This document shows positions 9,445 to 18,417 of a stretch of 64,000 nt of DNA, piece by piece. Source of the stretch: Opitutales bacterium (GTDB lineage Bacteria; Verrucomicrobiota; Verrucomicrobiia; Opitutales; JBHJGM01); NCBI GenBank assembly GCA_050331815.1, contig JBHJGM010000002.1, positions 153,627 through 217,626 of the forward strand, given 5' to 3'. The notes beneath the pieces are model-generated. The model ran no database searches and had not been told where the DNA came from. It saw only the letters and a program-made list of their open reading frames with translations. The stretch's first letter is position 1. Each line of letters starts with the position of its first letter. The translations under genes and the position numbers were made by a program.

Positions 9445-11124
9445 GTGCAACATCCGCCAGCCAAAATCCAGTTCGCACTCCCGGCCCGTAACACGTTTGA
9501 GCCAGGTGTGCCGCGTCCGCGCCCGCGTTCGGATGCCCCACTTTTTGAGTTACCTGAAGAGCGCCGCTTGGAGACTGAGCCCCAGGGACAGGAGGAGAAT
9601 AAGCTACCCACTGACGCCCAAAGGCGACTGGAGACGGATAATTCCGCGGCCCAATTGAGACCGGTGCCGATGCCTCCGAAGAGTGAGGTTTCGGACACCG
9701 AAGCCGAAGGTGCAGCGGAGCCTTTGTTGAGAAAAGATGCTGCCGAGGACGGCGAGCCCGTGCTCGTTCACCCGCAACAGCTGAAGCGAGATGTCAACGC
9801 GCAAGCCAGTCACACGAAGGCAAGTGCCGAGGTGCCGACCTCGCCTATGGGGGCTGCGACGATGCGTTCAACTATTGAAAAATCGCCCGAGCCGGCGGCG
9901 ACCGAGCCACATCAGATTGCGTCGAAGGCAGCGCTGCGAGCCAAGGCTCAAGCTGCACCTCAGACATCCGCAGGCGAGCGAAACGGAACGCGCGTTGAGG
10001 TTCAGGAGGCAGCCCAACATTCGCAGGAGCGCACCGCTCAAAAGTCTGAGGCGGCAGTCGCTGGAGCTCCGGCAAAATCGCAGCGAGCATCACAAACGAT
10101 GGGCCAGCCTCCGCTTACGCAGGAGGCGACCATGGCTGCGGAAGGCGCTGAAAACAAGACCGTCCCCGCGCAAGCATCGGTATCGTATGCTTCAGATCGA
10201 TTTGCTGCCGAAACGACTGCTGCGAAGCCGAAAGAACTGGCCGTAAAGTCAATGGTGTCAGAGCCGGCGATTCAACCTGAAGCGAGCAAAAAGCCCGTGC
10301 AAACCACGCTGGGTGCCGAGTTGAACAAAGCGGATGCGGCACGCGCGCAGCTGACGGGTTTGGGCGCACCTGCGGAACCCGCCGTACTTGCGGAAATTAT
10401 TGCCGCCCGCGCCCCGGAACAGACAAGCACACGGGGCTCGGAGTCTATCTTTAGGGCACTTTCTGAAATTATGTTAAGCGTTGCAGAACAGGTCTTTAAG
10501 GGACAGTCAAAAGTCGGTGGCACAGCGGTTGCTCAGGAAACCGAAGCTCCGATGAAAGTCACCAACCCTGAGATCGAAACGCGGCCTTCGCCACATGCCT
10601 TACGCTCTGGTTTTAATGGACTGGGCGGCAGCGGGTTTGGCGCTTCGAGCGGGTCTTTTAGTGGCTTTAGTGGTGACTCGCGCGAACAGTCCTTTGGCCA
10701 GGGGCGTTCGCGTGACGGGCGCACTTCTTTGACTGGTAACGTGATGGCCCGTGACAATGCCGGTCCGAGCTTTGAACAGGCCCAGCAGAGCGCCGAGGCT
10801 CAGCGCGGTTTTGGCTCCGCTGGGGCACAACGAGCGGCAGAAGTCGTGCCAGCGGTTTTGCAGCAGATCGAGCGTTTGCGTCGCAGCGGCACGGAACGCC
10901 TCAACGTGACCCTGCCGCTCGAAGACGGGCAGATTGTCGACCTCCGGCTCAAGCTTTTTGGTGGCAGCCGCGTTCAGATTACGCTGGGCGAGATGCCAGA
11001 AGCCCTGCGTGCGTCTCTGCGCGAAGGCTGGGGCGCATTGGCCGACGAAGCGGCGACCCGTGGCCTGGCCATCGATTTTCAATGGGACGCGCAGCCGAAG
11101 CTGCCGCGCGCCCGCTTTGCATAG
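9445..11124 (+). CDS. fliK: flagellar hook-length control protein FliK (GTG start)
   Basis: 559 aa of Ala/Pro/Glu/Gln-rich low complexity with a C-terminal Flg_hook-like block (RLNVTLPLEDGQIVDLRLKLFGGSRVQITL). Lies between the fliJ block and flgD. Confidence 0.65.
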   Translation: MQHPPAKIQFALPARNTFEPGVPRPRPRSDAPLFELPEERRLETEPQGQEENKLPTDAQRRLETDNSAAQLRPVPMPPKSEVSDTEAEGAAEPLLRKDAAEDGEPVLVHPQQLKRDVNAQASHTKASAEVPTSPMGAATMRSTIEKSPEPAATEPHQIASKAALRAKAQAAPQTSAGERNGTRVEVQEAAQHSQERTAQKSEAAVAGAPAKSQRASQTMGQPPLTQEATMAAEGAENKTVPAQASVSYASDRFAAETTAAKPKELAVKSMVSEPAIQPEASKKPVQTTLGAELNKADAARAQLTGLGAPAEPAVLAEIIAARAPEQTSTRGSESIFRALSEIMLSVAEQVFKGQSKVGGTAVAQETEAPMKVTNPEIETRPSPHALRSGFNGLGGSGFGASSGSFSGFSGDSREQSFGQGRSRDGRTSLTGNVMARDNAGPSFEQAQQSAEAQRGFGSAGAQRAAEVVPAVLQQIERLRRSGTERLNVTLPLEDGQIVDLRLKLFGGSRVQITLGEMPEALRASLREGWGALADEAATRGLAIDFQWDAQPKLPRARFA

Positions 11125-11151
11125 TACCTCAAATCCCCAACTACCCAACTC

Positions 11152-11613
11152 ATGACACTCGAAGCATCGGATTTTGTAAGCGGCGGCGTGGACCTATCGC
11201 TTTTTCAAGCCGCACCGGCGCGGGAGATCAAAAAGGAGCTTGGCTCCGATGATTTCCTGAAATTGCTGACAACCCAGATGGTCAATCAGGACCCGCTGGA
11301 GCCGATGGACGACACTTCGTTCATCGCTGAAATGGCCAACTTTACCTCGCTCGAGCAGATGCAGACGCTCGTGGAAGAGTTCAGTGCCTTTAGCAGCGAG
11401 CAGCAACTGACTAGCGCGCAAAACTTTATCGGCATGGAGGTCAAATGGTTCGTCAAGGGTGCCACGGCGCAGGACGACCTGGAAGTAACCGGAATCGTGG
11501 AGGAAGTCCGCGCGATTGATAGTCCGGATGGCACACGCCGCATCGAAGCGATGATCGACGGTGTCGGCTACGACACGCGTTACATCCAGGAAGTGCGCCA
11601 ACCCGCAGGCTAA
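11152..11613 (+). CDS. flgD: flagellar hook capping/assembly protein FlgD
   Basis: LGSDDFLKLLTTQMVNQDPLEPMDDTSFIAEMANFTSLEQM is the FlgD signature. 153 aa. Confidence 0.85.
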   Translation: MTLEASDFVSGGVDLSLFQAAPAREIKKELGSDDFLKLLTTQMVNQDPLEPMDDTSFIAEMANFTSLEQMQTLVEEFSAFSSEQQLTSAQNFIGMEVKWFVKGATAQDDLEVTGIVEEVRAIDSPDGTRRIEAMIDGVGYDTRYIQEVRQPAG

Positions 11614-11661
11614 GGCCGGCAGACGAACCCAAACCAACTCATAACCTCAGTTTAACCGACC

Positions 11662-12684
11662 ATGGCACTCATCAACTCACTTACCAGCGGCGTCAGCGCG
11701 ATCAAGACCTACACCAAGGGCCTTGAAGTGATCGGCAACAACATCGCCAACGTCAACACCTCGGCCTTCAAGAAGCAACGCGTGGAGTACGCCGACTCGT
11801 TTTATAACACGTTGCGCAATTCGGCGGCGTCCGACCCCGCGGGCGGCTCAAACCAAACCGCGGCCCAGGTGGGTAACGGCGTGGGCGTATCCGGCATCAC
11901 CTCCAGTTACACCCAGGGCCCGATCGAGGCGACCGGTATCCCCAGCGATCTGGCGATTGAGGGCGATGGCTTCTTTGCGGTGCGCGACTCAATCAGCGAC
12001 CGTCAATTCGTGACCCGCATGGGCAATTTCCGCGTCGATGACCAAGGCTACATCGTCACGCAGGGCGGGTTTCGGGTGCAGGGTCTGATCGACGACAATC
12101 TGTCCTTTACCGCGACCGGCGCGGACCTTGCGAGTGTCAGCTTTGCGGTTGGTACGCCGAACCTGGCCTTTGGGGATCTGCGCGTGCCACAGCCGGCGCT
12201 GACCGTGGGTACTGACATCACCAACAACACCGACACGGACGGTACCACGCCAGGTAACCAAATCATTCCCAACGCCGATATTCAGAATCTGGCCAAGGAG
12301 CAGCTGAAGATCGACTCGTTCACTTTTGACGAGACGGGCAATTTCGTGGTGCTGCTGGCCAACGGTAAAACTGTGACGGTTGGACAGGTGTTGCTGCATA
12401 CCTTCAACGATCCGCAGGCACTGGTGCGCGAGGGTAACGGGCTCTTCACCGGCATGGATGCGGCCGGCCCCAAGAGCGGCACGCTGGCGATGAGCGTGGC
12501 GGAGAACTCACCCGGAGCGGGCGGGCGCGGCATCATCCGCAGTGCGGCCATCGAGTTGTCGAACGTGGATTTGACCGAGGAGTTCTCGAACATGATCACC
12601 GTGCAGCGCAGTTTCCAGGCGGGTGCGCGGGTCATCACCACCTCCGACGAGTTCCTGCAGGAGATCGTCAACCTCAAGCGCTAG
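11662..12684 (+). CDS. flgE: flagellar hook protein FlgE
   Basis: N-terminal GLEVIGNNIANVNTSAFK and C-terminal LSNVDLTEEFSNMITVQRSFQAGARVITTSDEFLQEIVNLKR axial-protein motifs. 340 aa, short for FlgE. Confidence 0.85.
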   Translation: MALINSLTSGVSAIKTYTKGLEVIGNNIANVNTSAFKKQRVEYADSFYNTLRNSAASDPAGGSNQTAAQVGNGVGVSGITSSYTQGPIEATGIPSDLAIEGDGFFAVRDSISDRQFVTRMGNFRVDDQGYIVTQGGFRVQGLIDDNLSFTATGADLASVSFAVGTPNLAFGDLRVPQPALTVGTDITNNTDTDGTTPGNQIIPNADIQNLAKEQLKIDSFTFDETGNFVVLLANGKTVTVGQVLLHTFNDPQALVREGNGLFTGMDAAGPKSGTLAMSVAENSPGAGGRGIIRSAAIELSNVDLTEEFSNMITVQRSFQAGARVITTSDEFLQEIVNLKR

Positions 12685-12731
12685 GCCCACCAGCCGCGCT
12701 TTCACCGCAAGCTCACTGAACGGAGGCCGTC

Positions 12732-13289
12732 ATGGCAGATGAACCGCAGATTGAAGAAATTACGCAGGCCGAGGGCCAGGACGTCCAGGCCAGTAAAAGG
12801 GGCGCTGGCGGCAGCCCGATCATCCCGCTGGCGGTGGTGTCCATCCTGATGCCTTTGCTGACGTTTGCGCTGTTTGAGTTTGTGCTCATGCCGCGGGCGG
12901 CTGACAAGCTGGGCTTGAGCGCTGAAGGTAAGGGTCATGGGGACAGCCACGCGGAAGGGCATGGCGACGAGGAAGATTACCACGGCCCTGTGCACACCGC
13001 GGAGTTCAACGGGATTGTCTCCAACATCCGGGGAACCGTGGGCAGCCGCTACATCAAGGTGAGCTTCACGATCGAAGGTCGTGACGAAAAGTTCTCTGAG
13101 ATTGTGGAAAAAAACCACCCGCGCATTCAGGACGCCACCATCAGCATCCTGCAGGAGCTGACCCTAACCGAACTCGATCAGCCGGGCATCAAGAACGTCG
13201 TGCGCAGCGACTTGCTCAACGAATATGCGTCGGTCTTGAAGGGCCGGGTGATCGAGAAGCTCTATTTCACCGAATTTGTGATTCAGTAG
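12732..13289 (+). CDS. fliL: flagellar basal body-associated protein FliL
   Basis: Single TM followed by a FliL domain (RYIKVSFTIEGRDEKFSEIVEKNHPRIQDATISIL...EKLYFTEFVIQ). Confidence 0.8.
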   Translation: MADEPQIEEITQAEGQDVQASKRGAGGSPIIPLAVVSILMPLLTFALFEFVLMPRAADKLGLSAEGKGHGDSHAEGHGDEEDYHGPVHTAEFNGIVSNIRGTVGSRYIKVSFTIEGRDEKFSEIVEKNHPRIQDATISILQELTLTELDQPGIKNVVRSDLLNEYASVLKGRVIEKLYFTEFVIQ

Positions 13290-13310
13290 CTACGCGTTCG
13301 AAAGCAGACG

Positions 13311-14357
13311 ATGTCCGACGACGAAGAGAATCCATTGCTGCCCGATGGCGAAACCGATTTCAGCGATCTGCTGAGTCAGGGCGACATCGATGCGCTCATG
13401 GAAGAGGCGAGCGCCGAGCAGAAAGAGTCCATCTACAGCTGCAACGGCGAGCTCTTCAGCAGTCACGACCGCGTCAATGTGGAGGTCTACGACTTTCGCA
13501 ACCCGGTCTTTCTGACCGAGGTCGAACTGCGGCAAGTGCGTATCCGGCACGAGAACTTCGTGCACTACCTTTCGGCGCGCCTGGCGATGTTCCTGCGCAT
13601 GGAGTTTTCGATGAAAATGTCGAAACTGGGGACGGCGCCCTACGCGAAATTCATCGAGTCGATCCCCAACCCAACGCACATCGCACTTTTCAAAATTGAC
13701 CCGCTTTCGGGCGTCGGGGTGGTGGATATCAATCCGCGTCTGGCGCTGACGATCGTCAACCGTATGCTCGGTGGCCAGGGGCACTCCATCCATGAGGAGC
13801 GCTACCTGACCGAGATCGAGCAGGCGCTGATGGACGACGTGATGAACATCGTGTTGGACGAATGGTGCCGGCAGTGGGAGGAGGCCGACGACCTCAACGC
13901 CTCCATTATCGGGCGTGAGAACAATGGGCGCTTTTTGCAAACCTCCCCGAGCGATTCGATTATGCTGGTGCTCGATATCGAAGCGGCCATCGGCGACTGC
14001 TCGGAGATGCTGCAGATCGCCGTGCCGTTTTACATGATCGAGCCGATCGTCAAACGGATGCAGGCCGCCAACCGACGCTTCGGGCAAGGTACTGATATGG
14101 ACCGCCACGCCAAGTGGCTGCCGGTGTACAAAGGGATCAACGTGCCGGTCTACGCCGAATGGGACGCCTTCGATCTGACCGTGCAGGACCTGCTCGCCTT
14201 GCGTCCGGGAGATGTCTTGGAACTGCCCGAAACGATCAACCGCGAAACGCGTCTGCGTTTTCACAACACCACCCGCTATCTGGGTGAGGCGGGCGTGGAG
14301 AATGGACACGTCGCAGTCAAGGTCACCGAAAAGCTGGAGCAGGAAGCAGAAGGGTAA
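13311..14357 (+). CDS. fliM: flagellar motor switch protein FliM
   Basis: N-terminal CheY-P binding motif LLSQGDIDALM. FliM middle domain and C-terminal SpoA-like domain. 348 aa. Confidence 0.9.
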   Translation: MSDDEENPLLPDGETDFSDLLSQGDIDALMEEASAEQKESIYSCNGELFSSHDRVNVEVYDFRNPVFLTEVELRQVRIRHENFVHYLSARLAMFLRMEFSMKMSKLGTAPYAKFIESIPNPTHIALFKIDPLSGVGVVDINPRLALTIVNRMLGGQGHSIHEERYLTEIEQALMDDVMNIVLDEWCRQWEEADDLNASIIGRENNGRFLQTSPSDSIMLVLDIEAAIGDCSEMLQIAVPFYMIEPIVKRMQAANRRFGQGTDMDRHAKWLPVYKGINVPVYAEWDAFDLTVQDLLALRPGDVLELPETINRETRLRFHNTTRYLGEAGVENGHVAVKVTEKLEQEAEG

Positions 14358-14363
14358 TTTACT

Positions 14364-14621
14364 ATGGAAAGTGCGCTGCAATCACAAAATCTGGACGTCG
14401 TCCTGGATGTTAAAGTGCGCGTCACCGTGCAGCTCGGTACGGCGGACTTGCCGATGCGCGAAATCGTCGAGTTGGCTCCGGGCTCCATCGTGCAGTTACA
14501 CCAGGAGGCCAAGGATCCGGTGGGGCTGTTCGTGAACGGCAAGTTGGTGGCTTATGGAGAAGTCGTTGTGGTCGAGGATCACTTCGGTATCAAAATCACT
14601 GAGCTGGTTGGAGAGAGCTGA
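14364..14621 (+). CDS. fliN: flagellar motor switch protein FliN
   Basis: 85-aa SpoA domain (LDVKVRVTVQLGTADLPMREIVELAPGSIVQL...GEVVVVEDHFGIKITEL). Confidence 0.9.
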   Translation: MESALQSQNLDVVLDVKVRVTVQLGTADLPMREIVELAPGSIVQLHQEAKDPVGLFVNGKLVAYGEVVVVEDHFGIKITELVGES

Positions 14622-14624
14622 TCG

Positions 14625-15179
14625 ATGGCATGGAGCAGGGGACTGCGAACGGGATGGATTGTGGCATGGGCCCTCTTGGGGTGGATGCCAGCCATGCCGG
14701 TTGCCCTGGCTGATGACCTCAGCAGCGACGTGGCCGCCGCGGAAAGCGACTACATTTATCCCGGCAAGACACGTTCCGAGGAAGCGGTCAAAGCCGCTGC
14801 GGAGGATACCACCGATGCCCCGGCTGGTTTTGTGAGCGGTCTGATTCAGGCGCTTATTTTCCTATCTATTTTAGGCGCGGGGGGCTTTTTGCTGGTCCAG
14901 CGCATGCGCCAGGGCAAGGGGCCGCTGAAATCGCGTATCAATCGTGCGCTCGGTCAAACTGAGGGCGGCCTGAAGATCGAGGAGACGCGCATGCTTGGAA
15001 ACAAGCAGTACCTGGTGGTCGTCGCGTACGCGGACAAGAAGATGCTCATAGGAGTCGGGCCCGGCCTGATCAATCACCTGTGCTACCTCAACGATAACTT
15101 CGCTCAGGCCTTCTCGGATTCGGTCGAGGACACCCCCGAGGATGACCTGACGGTGCAGGCGCGAAACGGCCAAAACTAG
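14625..15179 (+). CDS. fliO: flagellar biosynthesis protein FliO/FliZ-like
   Basis: Lies between fliN and fliP. One TM (LIFLSILGAGGFLLV) followed by a FliO-like segment (IEETRMLGNKQYLVVVAYADKKMLIGVGPG). Confidence 0.6.
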   Translation: MAWSRGLRTGWIVAWALLGWMPAMPVALADDLSSDVAAAESDYIYPGKTRSEEAVKAAAEDTTDAPAGFVSGLIQALIFLSILGAGGFLLVQRMRQGKGPLKSRINRALGQTEGGLKIEETRMLGNKQYLVVVAYADKKMLIGVGPGLINHLCYLNDNFAQAFSDSVEDTPEDDLTVQARNGQN

Positions 15180-15182
15180 GCG

Positions 15183-16025
15183 ATGCGTTCGGCCTTCCAT
15201 ATATTTTCACCGCGCTGGCGGGCCGTGTGCGTCACGCTGTTTTGGTTGGCGTGCCTGGCGGGTTGGCCGGATCAGCTGCAGGCACAGACACCGGTGACAC
15301 CGGTCGAGCCGGTGGTGCCCACCCAGCCGGAAGGCGAGACCGTCGCGCCCAGTGGCGGTGGCATCAACATCTCAATCGATGGGGGCGACAGCAGCGACGA
15401 TGTCGGCGTGGGTATCCAGCTGCTGGTTGTCATGACGCTGCTGACCTTGGCTCCGTCCATGGTCATGCTGACCACCTGTTTTACGCGGATTGTGATTGTG
15501 CTGGGCTTTGTACGTAGCGCCATCGGGGTGAACAGTGCGCCCTCCAATCAGATCGTTATCGGGCTTTCGCTTTTTCTGACGTTTTTCATCATGGCCCCGG
15601 TGTGGGAGCGCATCCATGCCGAGGCGGTGACCCCTTACCTGGACGATCAAATCGCATCCGGCGAAGCGCTTGAGATTGGGGGCAACTATCTGAAGGCCTT
15701 CATGCTGCGCCATGCGCGTGACTCCGACCTCGAGTTTTTTCTCGAGATGTCCGGACAGGGCCCGACGCTGCGTGAGGAGCTTCCGCTGAAGGTAGTGGTG
15801 CCTTCCTTCGTGCTGAGCGAGTTGCGGACGGCGTTCCAGATGGGCTTTCTGATCTTCGTACCTTTTCTGGTGATCGACTTCATCGTGGCCTCCACGTTGA
15901 TGGCCATGGGCATGATGATGATGCCGCCGGCGATCATTTCGCTACCCTTCAAGCTGTTGCTGTTCGTGTTGGTGGATGGCTGGTACCTCGTCGTAAAATC
16001 CCTCGTCCAAAGTTTTGCCGTATGA
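15183..16025 (+). CDS. fliP: flagellar export apparatus protein FliP
   Basis: Long signal/N-terminal region, then conserved FliP core (LTLAPSMVMLTTCFTRIVIVLGFVRSAIG, FQMGFLIFVPFLVIDFIVASTLMAMGMMMMPP). Confidence 0.95.
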   Translation: MRSAFHIFSPRWRAVCVTLFWLACLAGWPDQLQAQTPVTPVEPVVPTQPEGETVAPSGGGINISIDGGDSSDDVGVGIQLLVVMTLLTLAPSMVMLTTCFTRIVIVLGFVRSAIGVNSAPSNQIVIGLSLFLTFFIMAPVWERIHAEAVTPYLDDQIASGEALEIGGNYLKAFMLRHARDSDLEFFLEMSGQGPTLREELPLKVVVPSFVLSELRTAFQMGFLIFVPFLVIDFIVASTLMAMGMMMMPPAIISLPFKLLLFVLVDGWYLVVKSLVQSFAV

Positions 16026-16291
16026 ACGTTGAACTTGCCGTCGATATCGTCCGCCAGACCCTGACCGAGTCACTGTTGCTGGTGGCACCGATCATGGCCA
16101 CCGCGATTGCCGTGGGCGTGTTTGTCAGTCTGATGCAATCGGTAACCAGCATCCAAGAGCAGACGCTCACCTTTGTACCGAAGCTGGTCTGCGTGGCGGT
16201 CGTGATCGTGATCTCGGCCAACTGGATGTTGCGCTCGCTAATGGACTTCACCATGGGCCTGATCGCGCGTATCCCCGAAATCGCGGTCTAA
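16022..16291 (+). CDS. fliQ: flagellar export apparatus protein FliQ
   Basis: 89 aa, two TM helices, SIQEQTLTFVPKL motif. ATGA overlap with fliP. Confidence 0.9.
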   Translation: MNVELAVDIVRQTLTESLLLVAPIMATAIAVGVFVSLMQSVTSIQEQTLTFVPKLVCVAVVIVISANWMLRSLMDFTMGLIARIPEIAV

Positions 16292-16314
16292 CCCGCAGTT
16301 GCCGAGGGCTTGCC

Positions 16315-17076
16315 GTGTCCATCCCGGTCGACTCGGTTCTGTTGTGGGCCCTGGTGTTTACCCGGCTGGGAGCGCTGTTGGGGTTTCTGCCGGCGATTGG
16401 TGAGCGTTCCATCCCCATCCGCATTCGCGTGGCCCTGGCCGGACTGACGTCACTGGTTTTCGTGCCGCTGCTGCCTCCGACGGACGCCATCGCCCTGAAC
16501 GCATCCTACCTCGTGGTGCTTTTTCTGAAGGAGCTCTCGGTGGGCGTCTTGATGGGACTGGCCGCACGCATGACTTTTTATCTGGTCGATTTGGCCGGAC
16601 GCATCATTGCCCAGGAAGCCGGTCTGGCGCGACTGGACTCCTTTGACCCGATCTCGCAAACGCAATCCACTGCGCTGACGGTGCTCTACTTCAACCTGGC
16701 TGCCGTCGCCATGATGAGCCTCGGCATCCACCATGAGATCATCGCCGCCTGCGTGCGCAGTTTTCATCTCGTCCCGATCGGGAACGTCTGGCCCGCCCCT
16801 TTTGGCGTCGAAACCTTTGTGCGGACTACGAACGACCTGTTCGAAATCGCCGTACGCATGGCGGGTCCGGTCATCGCGGTCAACCTGGTCATCAACCTGA
16901 CGTTTGCCGTCTTGGGCAAGGCGGCGCCAAAAATCAACGTCTTCATCACCAGCTTTGCAGTGCGCGTGCTGGCCGGACTCTGGTTGCTGGGTGCCACCGT
17001 GGGGCTGATCGCCAGCTATATCGTGGGCAGCCTGCAGGATGCCCCGCTGCGGATGCTGCATTTCCTTGGGCTGTAA
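16315..17076 (+). CDS. fliR: flagellar export apparatus protein FliR (GTG start)
   Basis: 253-aa polytopic protein following fliQ. FliR-like N-terminus (LLWALVFTRLGALLGFLPAIG). Confidence 0.85.
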   Translation: MSIPVDSVLLWALVFTRLGALLGFLPAIGERSIPIRIRVALAGLTSLVFVPLLPPTDAIALNASYLVVLFLKELSVGVLMGLAARMTFYLVDLAGRIIAQEAGLARLDSFDPISQTQSTALTVLYFNLAAVAMMSLGIHHEIIAACVRSFHLVPIGNVWPAPFGVETFVRTTNDLFEIAVRMAGPVIAVNLVINLTFAVLGKAAPKINVFITSFAVRVLAGLWLLGATVGLIASYIVGSLQDAPLRMLHFLGL

Positions 17077-17234
17077 CCAGCCACTGAGGAGGTTGAAACC
17101 ACTCAAGCCCACCCGGAAAAAAACTCCGGATTTTGCTAAAGTTTTCGGGGTTGGACGCGACTTCGAGGGGGCAGATTTTGCCTCTCGGTATCGAAGAGTA
17201 ATCTAAGCAATTGCATATCAACGATTTAAAATGC

Positions 17235-17250
17235 TGGCACCGGCATTGCT
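17235..17250 (+). promoter_or_regulatory. sigma-54 (-24/-12) promoter upstream of flhB
   Basis: TGGCAC-cggca-TTGCT is a perfect match to TGGCAC-N5-TTGCW. It lies 58 nt upstream of the flhB ATG in a 230-bp lower-GC gap. An IHF-consensus-like TATCAAcgatTTA sits at 17216-17228. Confidence 0.6.
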
Positions 17251-17307
17251 TAGTGGGGAAGTGGCTCAGGCGGTTTGCCGTCGCGAGTCTGCCCAAGCTT
17301 CCCTCAT

Positions 17308-18411
17308 ATGGCCGACACCGATAAGAGCTCGAAGACAGAACAGCCAACCACCAAACGCCTCGACGAAGCGCGCCGCAAGGGCAACTTCGCCAAGGCGGCG
17401 GAGATCGGCGTGACGGCTTTGATGATCGCCGGTTCAGCGGCGCTGGCCTTCGGCGGCGCCTCAATGGGCGCAGAGGTGATGACCTTCTCTCGGGACCTGC
17501 TGGGAAGTCTGAACGAGTTCACGCCCTCGCAGCAAAACGCCGCCCATACCTTTGGCCAGGTGGCCCTGTTGACCGGTTCGGTAACCGCGCCCGTGCTGCT
17601 GGGCTGCGTCTTCGCCTCGATTCTGGCCGGCGGACTTCAATCCGGCTTTCGCCTGACGCCGGACGTTCTGAAGGTGAACTTCAACAAGTTCAATCCGGTC
17701 AACGGCTTCAAACGCATCTTCTCCTCGCGCAGTCTGATGCAGTTTTTCGTTGACCTGGCAAAGTTCGGCCTGGTGGGCGCGGTCATCTACGGAGCGATTC
17801 TGCAGGCGATGGCCGACCCGATTTTCTACGCGCCGGTCGGCATCGATCACATCGTCTGGTTCCTGGGCCACACCTCCGCGCTGCTGATGATCCGGCTGAT
17901 CGCGGTTTTGGCCATAATTGCCTTCATCCACTACCTCTTCGAGCGCCGCAAGACCAATGGCGACCTGAAGATGACCAAGCAGGAGGTCCGCGATGAGCGC
18001 AAAAACGCCGAGGGTGATCCGAAGGTGCGCGGTGAAATGCGCCGGCGCGCCCTGCGTGCGTTGCAAACGCAGATGCTCGACGAGGTGCCCAACGCCGACG
18101 TCGTCGTCACCAACCCGACCCACTACGCCATTGCACTGAAGTACGAACGTGGCCGCGATCTGGCCCCGGTCATTCTGGCCAAGGGCGAAAACCTCTTTGC
18201 CAAGCGCATCAAGGCGATCGCGGCCCAGCACGGTGTGCCCACTGTAGAAAACAAGCCGGTGGCCCGCCTGCTTTTCCGCGTGGGACGCGTCGGCGAGCCC
18301 GTTCCTTATGAACTGTACGAGGTAATCGCGAAGATCCTCTCTCACGTCTACCGCACCCACCGGTACTACTTCCACCAACTGCGCCAGCGCCGCCTGGCGA
18401 TGGCTTCCTAA
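17308..18411 (+). CDS. flhB: flagellar export switch protein FlhB (start at the ATG at 17308)
   Basis: MADTDKSSKTEQPTTKRLDEARRKGNFAKAAE N-terminus, four TM helices, NPTH autocleavage motif (VVVTNPTHYAIAL). Confidence 0.9.
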   Translation: MADTDKSSKTEQPTTKRLDEARRKGNFAKAAEIGVTALMIAGSAALAFGGASMGAEVMTFSRDLLGSLNEFTPSQQNAAHTFGQVALLTGSVTAPVLLGCVFASILAGGLQSGFRLTPDVLKVNFNKFNPVNGFKRIFSSRSLMQFFVDLAKFGLVGAVIYGAILQAMADPIFYAPVGIDHIVWFLGHTSALLMIRLIAVLAIIAFIHYLFERRKTNGDLKMTKQEVRDERKNAEGDPKVRGEMRRRALRALQTQMLDEVPNADVVVTNPTHYAIALKYERGRDLAPVILAKGENLFAKRIKAIAAQHGVPTVENKPVARLLFRVGRVGEPVPYELYEVIAKILSHVYRTHRYYFHQLRQRRLAMAS

Positions 18412-18417
18412 GCAGGC

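Noticed and set aside
13290-14381. 363-aa minus-strand ORF almost exactly coextensive with fliM
   Set aside because: The plus-strand product is an unmistakable FliM (LSQGDIDALM motif, SpoA domain). The antisense product is Arg/His/Val-rich with no motifs. This is the typical shadow ORF of high-GC DNA, where stop codons are rare on the antisense strand.
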